IMG/VR virus record: IMGVR_UViG_3300024346_000010
DNA from: a virus
Length of the DNA: 64,000 nt
Reading direction: 5' to 3' (one strand)
Part shown: positions 28,608 to 38,373 of the stretch, one piece after another
How positions within the stretch are numbered: the first letter of the stretch is position 1
Layout: each line of letters begins with the position of its first letter
Made by a program: the position numbers and the translations under genes
The notes under the pieces: model-generated
Told to the model about the DNA's origin: nothing
Seen by the model: only the letters and a program-made list of their open reading frames with translations
The model's database searches: none

Positions 28608-29018
28608 ATGGTAGCTAACGTAAAACAAATGAAGCTTATCACTGGAGAAGAAATTCTTTGCGATTTGACTGAAGCTTTATACGATGAGGAAGATGGAATT
28701 GAGCATACGTTACTTCTCAGATCAGCTTATACATTAGTATCCCACGAAGATTTTGAGAATCAAATAAGGTATTATACCTTTAAACCTTTCATGATGCATT
28801 TGTATGAGCCAAATAAAGTATTAGCTCTTAATGCACATTCAGTTATTTGTATGGTTCAGCCGGATAAAAAAGTGATTGATCAGTATGATGAACATATTTC
28901 ACAGTTTAATTTCGATGAAAGCGCTGAAGAAGACGAAGATCCATTAGCGGTACCGGAAGATGATGAACCGACGAATAATAAAGTCCTAAAGTTTAAGCCA
29001 AAGGATAAGCTGCATTAA
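28608..29018 (+). CDS. T4-like hypothetical protein (possible Sm-like fold)
   Basis: KLITGEEILC N-terminus; located between uvsW and gp55. Confidence 0.6.
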   Translation: MVANVKQMKLITGEEILCDLTEALYDEEDGIEHTLLLRSAYTLVSHEDFENQIRYYTFKPFMMHLYEPNKVLALNAHSVICMVQPDKKVIDQYDEHISQFNFDESAEEDEDPLAVPEDDEPTNNKVLKFKPKDKLH

Positions 29019-29063
29019 TAGTATACTTCTCCTCCCCCAGAAGTATTACTTCTATTATACACA
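29019..29063. repeat. Dispersed 45-nt non-coding repeat, copy 2
   Basis: tagtatacttctcctcccccagaagtattacttctattatacaca; minus-strand TGTACA-N16-TATAAT at 29054-29081. Confidence 0.9.
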
Positions 29064-29114
29064 CATTACCAGATATGTACACATAAAAATGCGCATATCA
29101 TTAAAATAATTTGA

Positions 29115-29143
29115 TTTACTTACCCTAAGAGCTGATGTATAAT
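29115..29143 (+). promoter_or_regulatory. Sigma70-type promoter of gp55
   Basis: TTTACT-N17-TATAAT. Confidence 0.75.
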
Positions 29144-29168
29144 CAGTAATATATGCTAGGAATATAAT

Positions 29169-29774
29169 ATGAAACCTAAAGATAGACCACACTACGTTAA
29201 TAATAAAGAGTTTTCACTTGCAGTCGTTGACTATGTCAAGAGTGTAACTGAAGCAAAGGAAGCTGGAACAGAGATTCCGAAGGTGACTAACTACATTGCA
29301 CAGTCATTTCTACGAATAGCTGAAGGACTTTCACACAGGGCAAATTTCATCAGATACACATACCGAGATGAGATGGTAATGGATGCTGTTGAAAATTGTC
29401 TTAAAGCAATTAATAACTATAATATTGATGCACCTACACGCACGGGTATGCCTAATGCGTTTTCCTATTTTACACAAATTTCTTGGTATGCTTTCTTGCA
29501 TCGTATTGCAAAGGAAAAGAAGCAACAAGATATTAAGATGAAATACATTTCACAATCCCCATTTGAAGACTTTGCAGTTGAAGGCGCTGATGAAGCCAGT
29601 ATTCAAGCAGGGCATGCTTTCATCGATCAGCTAAAAGGCAAGATTGATCAGTTGAAAGAAAAAGATACTTACTTTGATGTGAAGTATAAAGAAGAGGCCA
29701 AAGCAGCAAAGTTGCGCAAAAAGCGCGTGGTGAGCTCTAACGACTCTGATCTTAGCACCATTTTTGGAGACTAA
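29169..29774 (+). CDS. gp55: Late-transcription sigma factor gp55
   Basis: HYVNNKEF...IAEGLS...NF..YTYR.EM..DA.ENC...NAFSYFTQI...AF..RI.KEKKQ. Confidence 0.95.
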   Translation: MKPKDRPHYVNNKEFSLAVVDYVKSVTEAKEAGTEIPKVTNYIAQSFLRIAEGLSHRANFIRYTYRDEMVMDAVENCLKAINNYNIDAPTRTGMPNAFSYFTQISWYAFLHRIAKEKKQQDIKMKYISQSPFEDFAVEGADEASIQAGHAFIDQLKGKIDQLKEKDTYFDVKYKEEAKAAKLRKKRVVSSNDSDLSTIFGD

Positions 29775-29777
29775 ATT

Positions 29778-30530
29778 ATGAGAATTTTGATGACAGGTGA
29801 AGAAGGTATGGTTGGCACCTACCTTACAAAATATCTTACTGACCGTGGATATGATATTATTCCATTTGGCGGCGAATTTGGCAAAGGTAGTGATATTACC
29901 AAAGCTGAAGATTGGAATAAGCTACTTGATTTGACTCCTTTTGATGGCATTATTCATCTAGCCGCATTAGCTGGTGTAAGGCCATCTATTGAAGATCCTG
30001 AGCTTTATTACAATAATAATGTCGGCGGAACGAAACTTATGTTGGAGTTTGCTGAACGATGTGGGATTAAAAGAGTTCTATATGCATCCTCATCTAATGC
30101 CGCTGAATGGTGGACTAATCCATATGGCACGACTAAAAAGATGAATGAAATTCAAGCTGAAAATTATAGCTCCATCGGTATGCGTTTCCATACTATATGG
30201 CCAGGTCGTGATGATATGCTTTATAAAAAGCTTGAACGAGGTGAAGTTTCTTTTATCAATGCTAATCACTTTCGTGATATGATTCATGTTGAAGATATCT
30301 CAAGCGCTATTAAACTTTTACTTGAGAACTTCGAAGCACTTGCTTTCCTTAAAGCTGTTGATATTGGCACAGGTGAAACTATTTCTGTTGCTGATATTGC
30401 AAAGGCATATGGATACGAAGGTGAGTATATTGAAGAAAATCCTGAAGGGGAACGTGTAGTCACTAAAGCTGATATTAAGTGGCTTACAGATCTCGGTTGG
30501 AAACCTAAGTGGAATATTTTGGATGTCTAA
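29778..30530 (+). CDS. NAD-dependent epimerase/dehydratase
   Basis: TGxxGMVG, HLAALAGVRPS, ASSS, YxxTK. Confidence 0.88.
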   Translation: MRILMTGEEGMVGTYLTKYLTDRGYDIIPFGGEFGKGSDITKAEDWNKLLDLTPFDGIIHLAALAGVRPSIEDPELYYNNNVGGTKLMLEFAERCGIKRVLYASSSNAAEWWTNPYGTTKKMNEIQAENYSSIGMRFHTIWPGRDDMLYKKLERGEVSFINANHFRDMIHVEDISSAIKLLLENFEALAFLKAVDIGTGETISVADIAKAYGYEGEYIEENPEGERVVTKADIKWLTDLGWKPKWNILDV

Positions 30531-31587
30531 AGTTGCTATTATTAATGATACTCATTGTGGTGTTAGGAATTCTTCTGACATTTTTGCCGATAATGCTGAC
30601 CTTTTTTATAACGATGTTTTCTTTCCTTATCTCGTTGATAATGGAATTAAGCGTATTATTCATTTGGGTGACGTGTTTGATAATCGTAAGTTTATTAATT
30701 TTAAATCTCTACATAAGTTCAGGAAATCTTTTCTTGCCAATCTGAGAAAACACCACATCCATATGGATGTAATTCCAGGTAATCACGATACATTCTATAA
30801 GAATACTAATGATCTAAATGCTTTGAAAGAGTTGCTCGGCCACTATATGGGTGAAGTTACTATCCATATGGATCCTACTGTTCTTAATCTAAATGGATTT
30901 AAGCTTGCGTTGTTGCCATGGGTTTGTTCCGAAAACTATGATAAATCTCTTGAGTTTATTAAGACATGTAAAGCTGATTGGCTTGGAGGTCACCTAGAAC
31001 TTCAGGGATTTGATGTTCTTAAAGGCGTGCAAGCACATGCTGGTATGGATCATAAAATCTTTTCACGGTTTGAAAAGGTTATTTCAGGTCACTTCCATAC
31101 AGCATCTCAACAAGATAACGTAGAATATCTTGGAACTCAACTTGAGTTTACTTGGTCAGATGCTCATGATCCTAAGAAATTTCATATCCTCGATACAGCT
31201 ACACGTGAACTAACCTCTGTTACAAATCCCCATACATTGTTCGAACGTATTAACTACGACGATACAAAAATGGATTATCAAATGTATGATACCACGCATT
31301 TGGATGGTAAGTTTGTTAAAGTGGTTGTAATTAATAAAACTGACCTGTTTACATTTGACAAGTTTATTGATAGAATACAATCACAGAAGATCCACGAACT
31401 CAAGATCGCTGAAAACTTCAATGAATTCTTAGGTGAAAACGTAGAAGATGAAGCAGTATCAGTCGAAGAAACGACTGAGCTACTTGATAGTTACGTGGAT
31501 GCTGTTGACACTGATTTGGATAAAGACAAACTAAAAGTCTCTATGCGTAATCTTCTCACTGAAGCCCAAGCTATGGAAATTGCATGA
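30523..31587 (+). CDS. gp47: Recombination endonuclease subunit gp47 (Mre11/SbcD-like)
   Basis: DTHCG, GDVFD, GNHD, GHFH. Confidence 0.95.
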   Translation: MSKVAIINDTHCGVRNSSDIFADNADLFYNDVFFPYLVDNGIKRIIHLGDVFDNRKFINFKSLHKFRKSFLANLRKHHIHMDVIPGNHDTFYKNTNDLNALKELLGHYMGEVTIHMDPTVLNLNGFKLALLPWVCSENYDKSLEFIKTCKADWLGGHLELQGFDVLKGVQAHAGMDHKIFSRFEKVISGHFHTASQQDNVEYLGTQLEFTWSDAHDPKKFHILDTATRELTSVTNPHTLFERINYDDTKMDYQMYDTTHLDGKFVKVVVINKTDLFTFDKFIDRIQSQKIHELKIAENFNEFLGENVEDEAVSVEETTELLDSYVDAVDTDLDKDKLKVSMRNLLTEAQAMEIA

Positions 31588-33320
31588 TCAGGTTTAAAAC
31601 CCTTCGCTGGAAAAACTTTATGTCTACCGGCGATACCTTCACCAAAATTGAATTAAATAAAACTAGTTCCACTTTGATCGTAGGTCAGAATGGTGCTGGT
31701 AAATCTACTATGTTGGATGCAATGTCATTTGTTCTATTTGGCAAGCCTCACCGTAATATCAATAAACCACAACTTGTTAATAGTATTAATAATAAAGCAT
31801 GTCTGGTTGAAATTGAATTTGGTGTTGGTTCATCACAATATAAGGTTGTTCGTGGTATCAAGCCTCAGGTATTTGAGATCTGGAAAAATGGTATTATGAT
31901 TAACCAAGACTCGCATGCTAAAGAATATCAGAAGCTATTAGAACAAAATATTATTAAGCTTAATCATAAAAGCTTTCACCAAATTGTTGTTCTAGGCTCT
32001 TCGTCGTTTATTCCGTTTATGCAGTTACCAGCACAACATCGTCGTGATGTTATCGAAGATCTTCTGGATATTAATGTGTTTTCTAAAATGAATACACTTA
32101 TCAAAGAGAAGAATTCTGTCCTCAAAGATCGGCTTAAAGATATTGCATATCAACTTGATTTGAAAAAGAATTCTGTTGAATCTCAGAAGAAGTATATTCG
32201 TGATATCACTCAGATGAATGAAGAAGAAATCAATTCTAAGCATACGCAAATCAAAGCTATCGAAGAAGAGATTTCTCAAATCCAATCTGAAAATGGTATT
32301 GCTAGTGCCTTTATTGAAGCACAAAGCGAAAAAACGCAAGCTGGACTAAATGCGGCACTTGATAAACGTCAAGCGTTGCTTCAGTATAAAGCACAATTTA
32401 ATGCTCAGATTAAAGGTGTAGTAGGTGATGCTAAGTTCTATGAAGAGAATGACAATTGCCCTACATGCACGCAATCGATTGAAGAAGATCTCAGAGCTAC
32501 TAAACTTCAAGCTGCAAAGTCTAAAGCATCTGAACTTCAAAGTGCATTGAATAAGATTGCGGACGAAGCTTCAGGTATTGAAGAATCTATTGCTAAATTT
32601 ACAGATGCATATGAACTTATTCGTCAGCGTCAATCTGAAATTAATAGCAATAACCAGACTATCAATAGACTTCATAGCAGTATTTCTTCGTTGAATACCG
32701 ACATTAGTAGATTGACTGCCCGTGAAGGCGATCTTGGTAGAGCTAATGAAGAATTATCTGAGATGAAATCTGAGCAAAATGCTTTGATGGAAAACAGACT
32801 TATCCTAAATGAAGAAATGTCATATAATGCTGTTATGGGAGAGATGCTAAAAGATACCGGCATTAAAACTAAAGTTATTAAACAGTATATTCCTATTATC
32901 AACAACCTTGTTAATCAGTATTTACAAATCCTTGACTTCTTTGTACACTTCAACTTGGATGAAGAGTTTAGAGAGACTATTCGTTCACGCCACCGTGATG
33001 CTTTCTCATATGACTCATTCTCTGAGGGTGAGAAGCAGCGCATTGACTTGGCGCTTCTATTCACATGGCGTCAAATTGCTAAGATGAAAAATAGCGTTGC
33101 GACTAATCTTTTGGTTCTTGATGAAACGTTTGATTCATCTCTTGATCACGATGGTGTTGATAACCTTATGAAAATCCTTTATACACTAGGCGATGATACT
33201 AATGTATTTGTTATCAGTCATAAGGGTGAAATTCTTGAAGGCAAATTCAAAAACAAGATTGAATTCTACAAAGATAAAAACTTTTCAAAGATGAAAGATT
33301 TTAGTTTACAATCTGCTTAA
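31584..33320 (+). CDS. gp46: Recombination ATPase gp46 (Rad50/SbcC-like)
   Basis: GQNGAGKS, CPTC zinc hook, FSEGEK, LDE. Confidence 0.96.
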   Translation: MIRFKTLRWKNFMSTGDTFTKIELNKTSSTLIVGQNGAGKSTMLDAMSFVLFGKPHRNINKPQLVNSINNKACLVEIEFGVGSSQYKVVRGIKPQVFEIWKNGIMINQDSHAKEYQKLLEQNIIKLNHKSFHQIVVLGSSSFIPFMQLPAQHRRDVIEDLLDINVFSKMNTLIKEKNSVLKDRLKDIAYQLDLKKNSVESQKKYIRDITQMNEEEINSKHTQIKAIEEEISQIQSENGIASAFIEAQSEKTQAGLNAALDKRQALLQYKAQFNAQIKGVVGDAKFYEENDNCPTCTQSIEEDLRATKLQAAKSKASELQSALNKIADEASGIEESIAKFTDAYELIRQRQSEINSNNQTINRLHSSISSLNTDISRLTAREGDLGRANEELSEMKSEQNALMENRLILNEEMSYNAVMGEMLKDTGIKTKVIKQYIPIINNLVNQYLQILDFFVHFNLDEEFRETIRSRHRDAFSYDSFSEGEKQRIDLALLFTWRQIAKMKNSVATNLLVLDETFDSSLDHDGVDNLMKILYTLGDDTNVFVISHKGEILEGKFKNKIEFYKDKNFSKMKDFSLQSA

Positions 33321-33333
33321 TATTATGTACAAT
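33305..33333 (+). promoter_or_regulatory. Sigma70-type promoter of gp45
   Basis: TTTACA-N17-TACAAT. Confidence 0.7.
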
Positions 33334-33362
33334 ATACAAATGCGAAACGAAAGCGAGACATT

Positions 33363-34052
33363 ATGAAACTATCTGACTCAACCACACAAATCCTTAAGAA
33401 CTATGCTGGTATTAATTCCAACATCGTTTTCAATGCAGGTTCACGTATCTGCACCATCTCTGAAGCACGTAATATTCTATCTGCTGCTTCTGTTGACGCT
33501 GAATTTCCATCTACATTCGGCGTATATGACTTGAATGAATTCTTGGGTGTTCTTTCACTTGTTGATGAACCTCAAGTTAAATTTGAAGAAAAGTTTGCTG
33601 TTATTGCTGACTCAACTGGTCGTTCAAAGATTAAATACTTCTTCACTGATACTGATATGCTCACATCGCCTAATGGTACTATGCTAGATAAAGCTATGGA
33701 AATGAATAGCTTCCAAGTAGAGTTTGAGTTTGATCAGGATACACTAAACAAAATCAAACGTGCAGCATCAGCTCTTGGACATTCTCTTGTGTCAGTTACT
33801 GCGGCTAATGGATCATTGGTTCTTACCGTGTTTGACCCAGAAAATCCAACATCAAATACATTCAGCCTTGATATTGCTGGAACGTATGAGCATGAAAACT
33901 TCTCATTGGTATTTGGTATCCCAAACCTAAAAATCATTCCAGGCACGTACAAGGTCGGGCTTTCATCTAAACTCATGTCTCGCTTTACTCATACTGAGCA
34001 AGATATCGTTTACTGGATTGCACTAGAAAAATCCTCAACTTACGGAGCCTAA
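33363..34052 (+). CDS. gp45: Sliding clamp gp45
   Basis: MKLS..T..ILKNYA.IN...FGVYDLNEFL...YWIALE. Confidence 0.93.
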   Translation: MKLSDSTTQILKNYAGINSNIVFNAGSRICTISEARNILSAASVDAEFPSTFGVYDLNEFLGVLSLVDEPQVKFEEKFAVIADSTGRSKIKYFFTDTDMLTSPNGTMLDKAMEMNSFQVEFEFDQDTLNKIKRAASALGHSLVSVTAANGSLVLTVFDPENPTSNTFSLDIAGTYEHENFSLVFGIPNLKIIPGTYKVGLSSKLMSRFTHTEQDIVYWIALEKSSTYGA

Positions 34053-34053
34053 A

Positions 34054-34242
34054 ATGGACAAACAAATTATTGAAATCTCTGCACGAGTAGCACGTAGCAC
34101 AATGGCAGTAATCGACACTGTTGTACAACGTGGCGGATTCCGCGGTGAAGAACTTACTACAATCGGCCAGCTCCGTGACCAATGTGTTCAACTCATTGCT
34201 ATGTCAGAAGCCTCCGCCCAAGAGGCTGCAGCACAGGAATAA
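34054..34242 (+). CDS. Hypothetical protein
   Basis: ID...QRGGFRGEEL..IG.LR; SD ggag. Confidence 0.7.
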   Translation: MDKQIIEISARVARSTMAVIDTVVQRGGFRGEELTTIGQLRDQCVQLIAMSEASAQEAAAQE

Positions 34243-34245
34243 TAG

Positions 34246-34274
34246 TTTACATTATACTCCTAATATATTATAAT
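34246..34274 (+). promoter_or_regulatory. Sigma70-type promoter of gp44
   Basis: TTTACA-N17-TATAAT. Confidence 0.75.
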
Positions 34275-34299
34275 GAACAAACCTTGAATTGGAGTTATT

Positions 34300-35238
34300 A
34301 TGTCTAAAGACTTTCTATGGGTAGAGAAATATCGCCCAAAAACAATCTCTGAAACTATTCTGCCTACGGCACTCAAGAAGACACTTCAGAATATGGTAGA
34401 TACCGGTGAATTGCAGAATATGCTTTTCACCGGTACTGCTGGATTAGGCAAGACCACGGCAGCTAAGGCTTTGTGTAATGAGTTGGGTCTTGACTATATC
34501 GTAATCAATGGATCTGAAGAAGGTAACATTGATACGCTTCGTGGTAAAATTAAACAGTTTGCTTCTACTGTCAGCTTTGCCGGTGGATATAAAGTTGTTA
34601 TTCTAGACGAAGCTGACTATATGAATGCTCAGTCCACACAACCTGCGTTGCGTGGTTTTATTGAGCAATTCTCTGATAACTGTCGCTTTATTCTCACTTG
34701 TAACTTTAAGAACCGTATTATTGAACCACTTCATTCACGTTGTGGTGTATACGAATTCAACACGACCAAAAAGGATACTGCGCCACTTGCTGCTCAGATG
34801 ATGAAGCGTCTTCAAACTATTCTTGATACTGAGAACGTTACATATCAGGATAAAGATCTTGCAGAAGTCATTATGAAATACACTCCAGACTGGCGTCGTG
34901 TTATTAATGAAATCCAACGTAATAGTAATGGCGGTGAACTTAATATTGCTACGGCTATGGCAGGAACTGCTGGACAATTTGATGAACTCTTTAATCACAT
35001 CAAAGCCAAAGACTTTAAGAATATGCGGCAATGGATCGTAAACAATATGGATCTTGATACAACAGCTATTATTCGTGGCGTATATGATCGCATTTACGAT
35101 AAAGTTGCCCCTGCTAGCATTCCACAAATCGTTCTTATCCTTGCTGACTATCAGTATAAAGCAGCATTCGTTGCAGACCATGAACTCAATCTTGTGGCTT
35201 GTATGACCGAAATTATGTCTGAGGTACAAATCCAATGA
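34300..35238 (+). CDS. gp44: Clamp loader large subunit gp44
   Basis: LWVEKYRP, GTAGLGKT, DEAD, SRC. Confidence 0.96.
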   Translation: MSKDFLWVEKYRPKTISETILPTALKKTLQNMVDTGELQNMLFTGTAGLGKTTAAKALCNELGLDYIVINGSEEGNIDTLRGKIKQFASTVSFAGGYKVVILDEADYMNAQSTQPALRGFIEQFSDNCRFILTCNFKNRIIEPLHSRCGVYEFNTTKKDTAPLAAQMMKRLQTILDTENVTYQDKDLAEVIMKYTPDWRRVINEIQRNSNGGELNIATAMAGTAGQFDELFNHIKAKDFKNMRQWIVNNMDLDTTAIIRGVYDRIYDKVAPASIPQIVLILADYQYKAAFVADHELNLVACMTEIMSEVQIQ

Positions 35239-35825
35239 ATACAATCTATGACTTTGAGACTATGTCACAGGATCCCGTTAACGGTGTAGTGGTATCCTTT
35301 GCTATGCTTAACTTTGACCCTAAACGTTTTACATCAAATCCGTATACATATAACGAGTTGGTTGATAATGCCAAGTTTATGAAGTTTGATGTTGTAGATC
35401 AGGTTAAAAATTACGGCCGTACAATTTGTAAAGATACCGTTGAGTGGTGGGGTAATCAGAGTAAAGAAGCCCAAAAGTCTATTGCTCCTAACCCATCACT
35501 TGACCGACCTATCTCTGAACTGTATTCGTTTTATAGAGAAAATATGCCGGATTATCCCGGATTAACATATACACGCCGAAATACATTTGATCCGGTGTTT
35601 ATGACTTCTCTTATGAAAGCAACTGGTAACCCAGAGCCATATGCGTGGTGGGATGTTCGTGATACAATCAGTTACATCGAAGGTCTAGCTATTACTGGCT
35701 ATATCAAAAACAACTTTGTTCCAGATGATTTGGCTGAACACTTTATTGCTCACGATCCTCGTCATGATATTGCTATGGACACTATGCGTCTTCAAATTCT
35801 GGTAGACGCAGTAACATCATTTTAG
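35235..35825 (+). CDS. dexA: DEDD 3'-5' exonuclease (DexA-like)
   Basis: DFET, FD, RDT, HDPRHDIAMD. Confidence 0.75.
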   Translation: MNTIYDFETMSQDPVNGVVVSFAMLNFDPKRFTSNPYTYNELVDNAKFMKFDVVDQVKNYGRTICKDTVEWWGNQSKEAQKSIAPNPSLDRPISELYSFYRENMPDYPGLTYTRRNTFDPVFMTSLMKATGNPEPYAWWDVRDTISYIEGLAITGYIKNNFVPDDLAEHFIAHDPRHDIAMDTMRLQILVDAVTSF

Positions 35826-35833
35826 GAGATAAT

Positions 35834-36121
35834 ATGCTAACAATTTATACTAAAGATGAATGCTTTTACTGTAAGAACCTAAAGAAGAACCTTGAAAAGT
35901 GGGGTTTCTCTTATCAAGAGGTTAACATTTCTAATAGTGATACTGCTATGGAATGGTTTAAAAAACAAGGTTATAAAACAGTCCCTCAGCTTTACTTTGA
36001 TACCGTTAATGTTCAGAAGGGGGAATCTACAGCTCTTACTAAACAAAAACTTGAAGAGAGAATTGAACGCGTTATGTGGCCTTCTATTGATGGTGGTATC
36101 GAATGTGATGAAATGGGATAG
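35834..36121 (+). CDS. Glutaredoxin (NrdH/NrdC-like)
   Basis: CFYC and TVPQ motifs. Confidence 0.9.
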   Translation: MLTIYTKDECFYCKNLKKNLEKWGFSYQEVNISNSDTAMEWFKKQGYKTVPQLYFDTVNVQKGESTALTKQKLEERIERVMWPSIDGGIECDEMG

Positions 36122-36647
36122 GTTTGTACATCCGGATCCTAACATTGGAAGAGTTGCTTCGGTTTATTTAAGCGAAGACAGAAGATTTATAAAAAAATAC
36201 TATAATCCCGATAACATTACTGTTTCGGGAGAACAGACTATACAAACGCCTGAATATATAAATCAGAAATGGGAAGCTGAAGTCGCTAGTCAAATACAAT
36301 TGCATGGTTTGCCTTGGGTGCCAAAACTCGTTGAAATTAATGTGAATGAGAAATCCGTTACTCAAGAATATTACGGTCCGGATCTTTTAATTCAAGGTTA
36401 TGATGACATACCGGATATTGAAGATCAAATAGTTGAGATATATAAGTATTTCAAAGAGATTGATGTGTATAAATTGAATGGCGCGTTATCGAATATGACT
36501 AAGCTTGACGGTAAAGTTATTATGTTTGATTTTAAATATATGCGCCGCAGGACCGATGATCTTAAACCATATGCTTTATATGAAATTAACGAATGGCTTT
36601 CAAAGATTAGTCCTACACTTGCTCCTAGATTGAAAGAACTGATATGA
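36108..36647 (+). CDS. Protein-kinase-like fold protein with atypical catalytic loop
   Basis: FIKKYY, helix-C Glu, VPKL, EYYG, KLNGALSN, MFDF. Start reassigned to ATG 36108. Confidence 0.55.
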   Translation: MKWDRFVHPDPNIGRVASVYLSEDRRFIKKYYNPDNITVSGEQTIQTPEYINQKWEAEVASQIQLHGLPWVPKLVEINVNEKSVTQEYYGPDLLIQGYDDIPDIEDQIVEIYKYFKEIDVYKLNGALSNMTKLDGKVIMFDFKYMRRRTDDLKPYALYEINEWLSKISPTLAPRLKELI

Positions 36648-37480
36648 CGGTGTATAGTTTTTTACCATACCAAATCTCTGAGGTTTTGGCAAAAACACCT
36701 ATAAAAAATAAAGGCAATTTTGACGATTTAGTTGAGTGTAAAGAAGCTTGGGTTGAATGGATATCAAAGTTTTCAGGTGCTGAAAATAAAAAAGAGTGGG
36801 CAATTACTAATGGCATCCATGAGGCTTTAACGCACCAGTTAGCACATGTATATAACAAGTATGATAAAATATACTGGTTTGATACTGATTATAAATTTTA
36901 CAAAGTGCTCTGTATGTCGTATAATAACGTAGGTATCAGTAGCGCTAGATTGGATTTGATTGAGCCAAACAGTTATGTTATAGTTAGTCAACCTAATCAC
37001 GAAGGTGGTATTACTCCATGGCTAAAAGATCTTATTTCCATATGTCAAAATAATGGATCTAAGATCTTTTTAGATTGCGCTTTTTATGGAACTACATTCG
37101 ATACACTTGACACAAGCCTAGAAGTATTTGATGCTGTTGCATTCAGTATGAGTAAGAATTTTCTTTTAGGTGGTATCAGGTCGGGTATAGTGTTTTCGGA
37201 TAGTCTGCCGATGACATTAACTGTTCCTATATCAGAACATTTTGGATATAGTTATTACAATATATTTGCAACAGAAGTAGCCAAAAATATCCTTCCTCTT
37301 TTTGATTGCAACTATATAACTCGTCACGCGAAACCTATTCAGGCACAGTATTGCCTAGAGAATAATCTTAAACCTGCTGATATATGGATGTGGGCTTTTG
37401 ATAATGATGGAAACAAAATTTGTATAACTGATGAGATATCTCACCTTATACAAAAGGAATTAGATAATGAACCCATTTGA
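36644..37480 (+). CDS. PLP-dependent aminotransferase-like protein
   Basis: TNG..EA, SQP, LDCAF, FSMSKNF (PLP Lys), RSG. Confidence 0.75.
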   Translation: MTVYSFLPYQISEVLAKTPIKNKGNFDDLVECKEAWVEWISKFSGAENKKEWAITNGIHEALTHQLAHVYNKYDKIYWFDTDYKFYKVLCMSYNNVGISSARLDLIEPNSYVIVSQPNHEGGITPWLKDLISICQNNGSKIFLDCAFYGTTFDTLDTSLEVFDAVAFSMSKNFLLGGIRSGIVFSDSLPMTLTVPISEHFGYSYYNIFATEVAKNILPLFDCNYITRHAKPIQAQYCLENNLKPADIWMWAFDNDGNKICITDEISHLIQKELDNEPI

Positions 37481-37850
37481 ATATGTGAACTCTATTAATA
37501 CCACTAAACAAGATTTAATGATAGATGATTTGGCAGAAAAGGCATACATTCCTTTTACTGTAAATCGTTCACTCTCATACTTTAATGATACCGTATTAAT
37601 GGTCAATGAGATGAATAAACATGCCAGTTTAGACAAAAAACTACAATATCATTTTCTCATAAATATTGTCAGAAAGCGAAAACGCTTTTCTAAATGGAAT
37701 AAACCTGAATTGGTTAATGATGTTGAAGTGGTAAAAGAATATTATGGCTATAGTAATGAAAAAGCCCGACAAGTTTTGCCCCTTCTCTCATCCGACCAAA
37801 TAATGAATTTGAGAGAAAAGGTGAACAAAGGTGGTAGAACAAAAAAATAA
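37467..37850 (+). CDS. gp62: Clamp loader small subunit gp62
   Basis: NPFEY.NSIN..K...Y.PF..NR.LS...NEMN...RKRFSKW.K...YYGYS. Confidence 0.92.
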   Translation: MNPFEYVNSINTTKQDLMIDDLAEKAYIPFTVNRSLSYFNDTVLMVNEMNKHASLDKKLQYHFLINIVRKRKRFSKWNKPELVNDVEVVKEYYGYSNEKARQVLPLLSSDQIMNLREKVNKGGRTKK

Positions 37851-38244
37851 TGTCCAATGGACACCATCTGACATGCTTGAAGTTACATTGAATGAACCCG
37901 ATGACTTCCTAAAGGTTAGAGAAACACTAACACGAATCGGTGTAGCATCCCGTAAAGATAAGAAATTGTATCAATCTTGCCATATCTTGCATAAGCAGGG
38001 TAGGTATTTTATTGTGCATTTTAAAGAGTTATTTCTTCTCGATGGTAAAAAATCCAATCTTGAAGTAAATGATATCCAACGTAGAAATAGTATTGCTATG
38101 CTTTTAAGTGACTGGGGGCTAATTCAGTTTGCTAAAAAGGGTGATACATTACAATTGGCGCCTCTTCGTCAAATTAAAATTATCCCATTCAAAGAAAAAG
38201 AGCAATGGGAACTCTGCCCGAAATATAACATCGGTAATAAATAA
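37831..38244 (+). CDS. regA: Translational repressor RegA
   Basis: DDFLKVRETLTRIG...LYQSCHILHKQG.Y.IVHFKELF. Confidence 0.96.
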   Translation: MVEQKNNVQWTPSDMLEVTLNEPDDFLKVRETLTRIGVASRKDKKLYQSCHILHKQGRYFIVHFKELFLLDGKKSNLEVNDIQRRNSIAMLLSDWGLIQFAKKGDTLQLAPLRQIKIIPFKEKEQWELCPKYNIGNK

Positions 38245-38245
38245 T

Positions 38246-38311
38246 TTTATCCTAAAAGGTAATACCAGGTATTCTGTAATGGTATAGCTTATTTTTGCCT
38301 TTTAGGATAAA
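38246..38311. repeat. 17-bp imperfect inverted repeat upstream of hsp20
   Basis: tttatcctaaaaggtaa (38246-38262) versus ttgccttttaggataaa (38295-38311), 16/17 complementary. Confidence 0.8.
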
Positions 38312-38318
38312 TACACTT

Positions 38319-38373
38319 GAGCGCAGGAGAACCTGGCTCTTAATATTCTTGCTTGAAAAAGGAGAACACAATG
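38319..38373 (+). promoter_or_regulatory. ROSE-like RNA thermometer in the hsp20 5' UTR
   Basis: UUCUUGCUU-GAAA-AAGGAGAA hairpin sequesters the SD with a bulged G in UUGCU; a second hairpin lies upstream. Confidence 0.7.

Noticed and set aside
35892-36107. Long N-terminal extension of the kinase-like ORF
   Set aside because: It overlaps the glutaredoxin gene entirely. ATG 36108 is the more plausible start.
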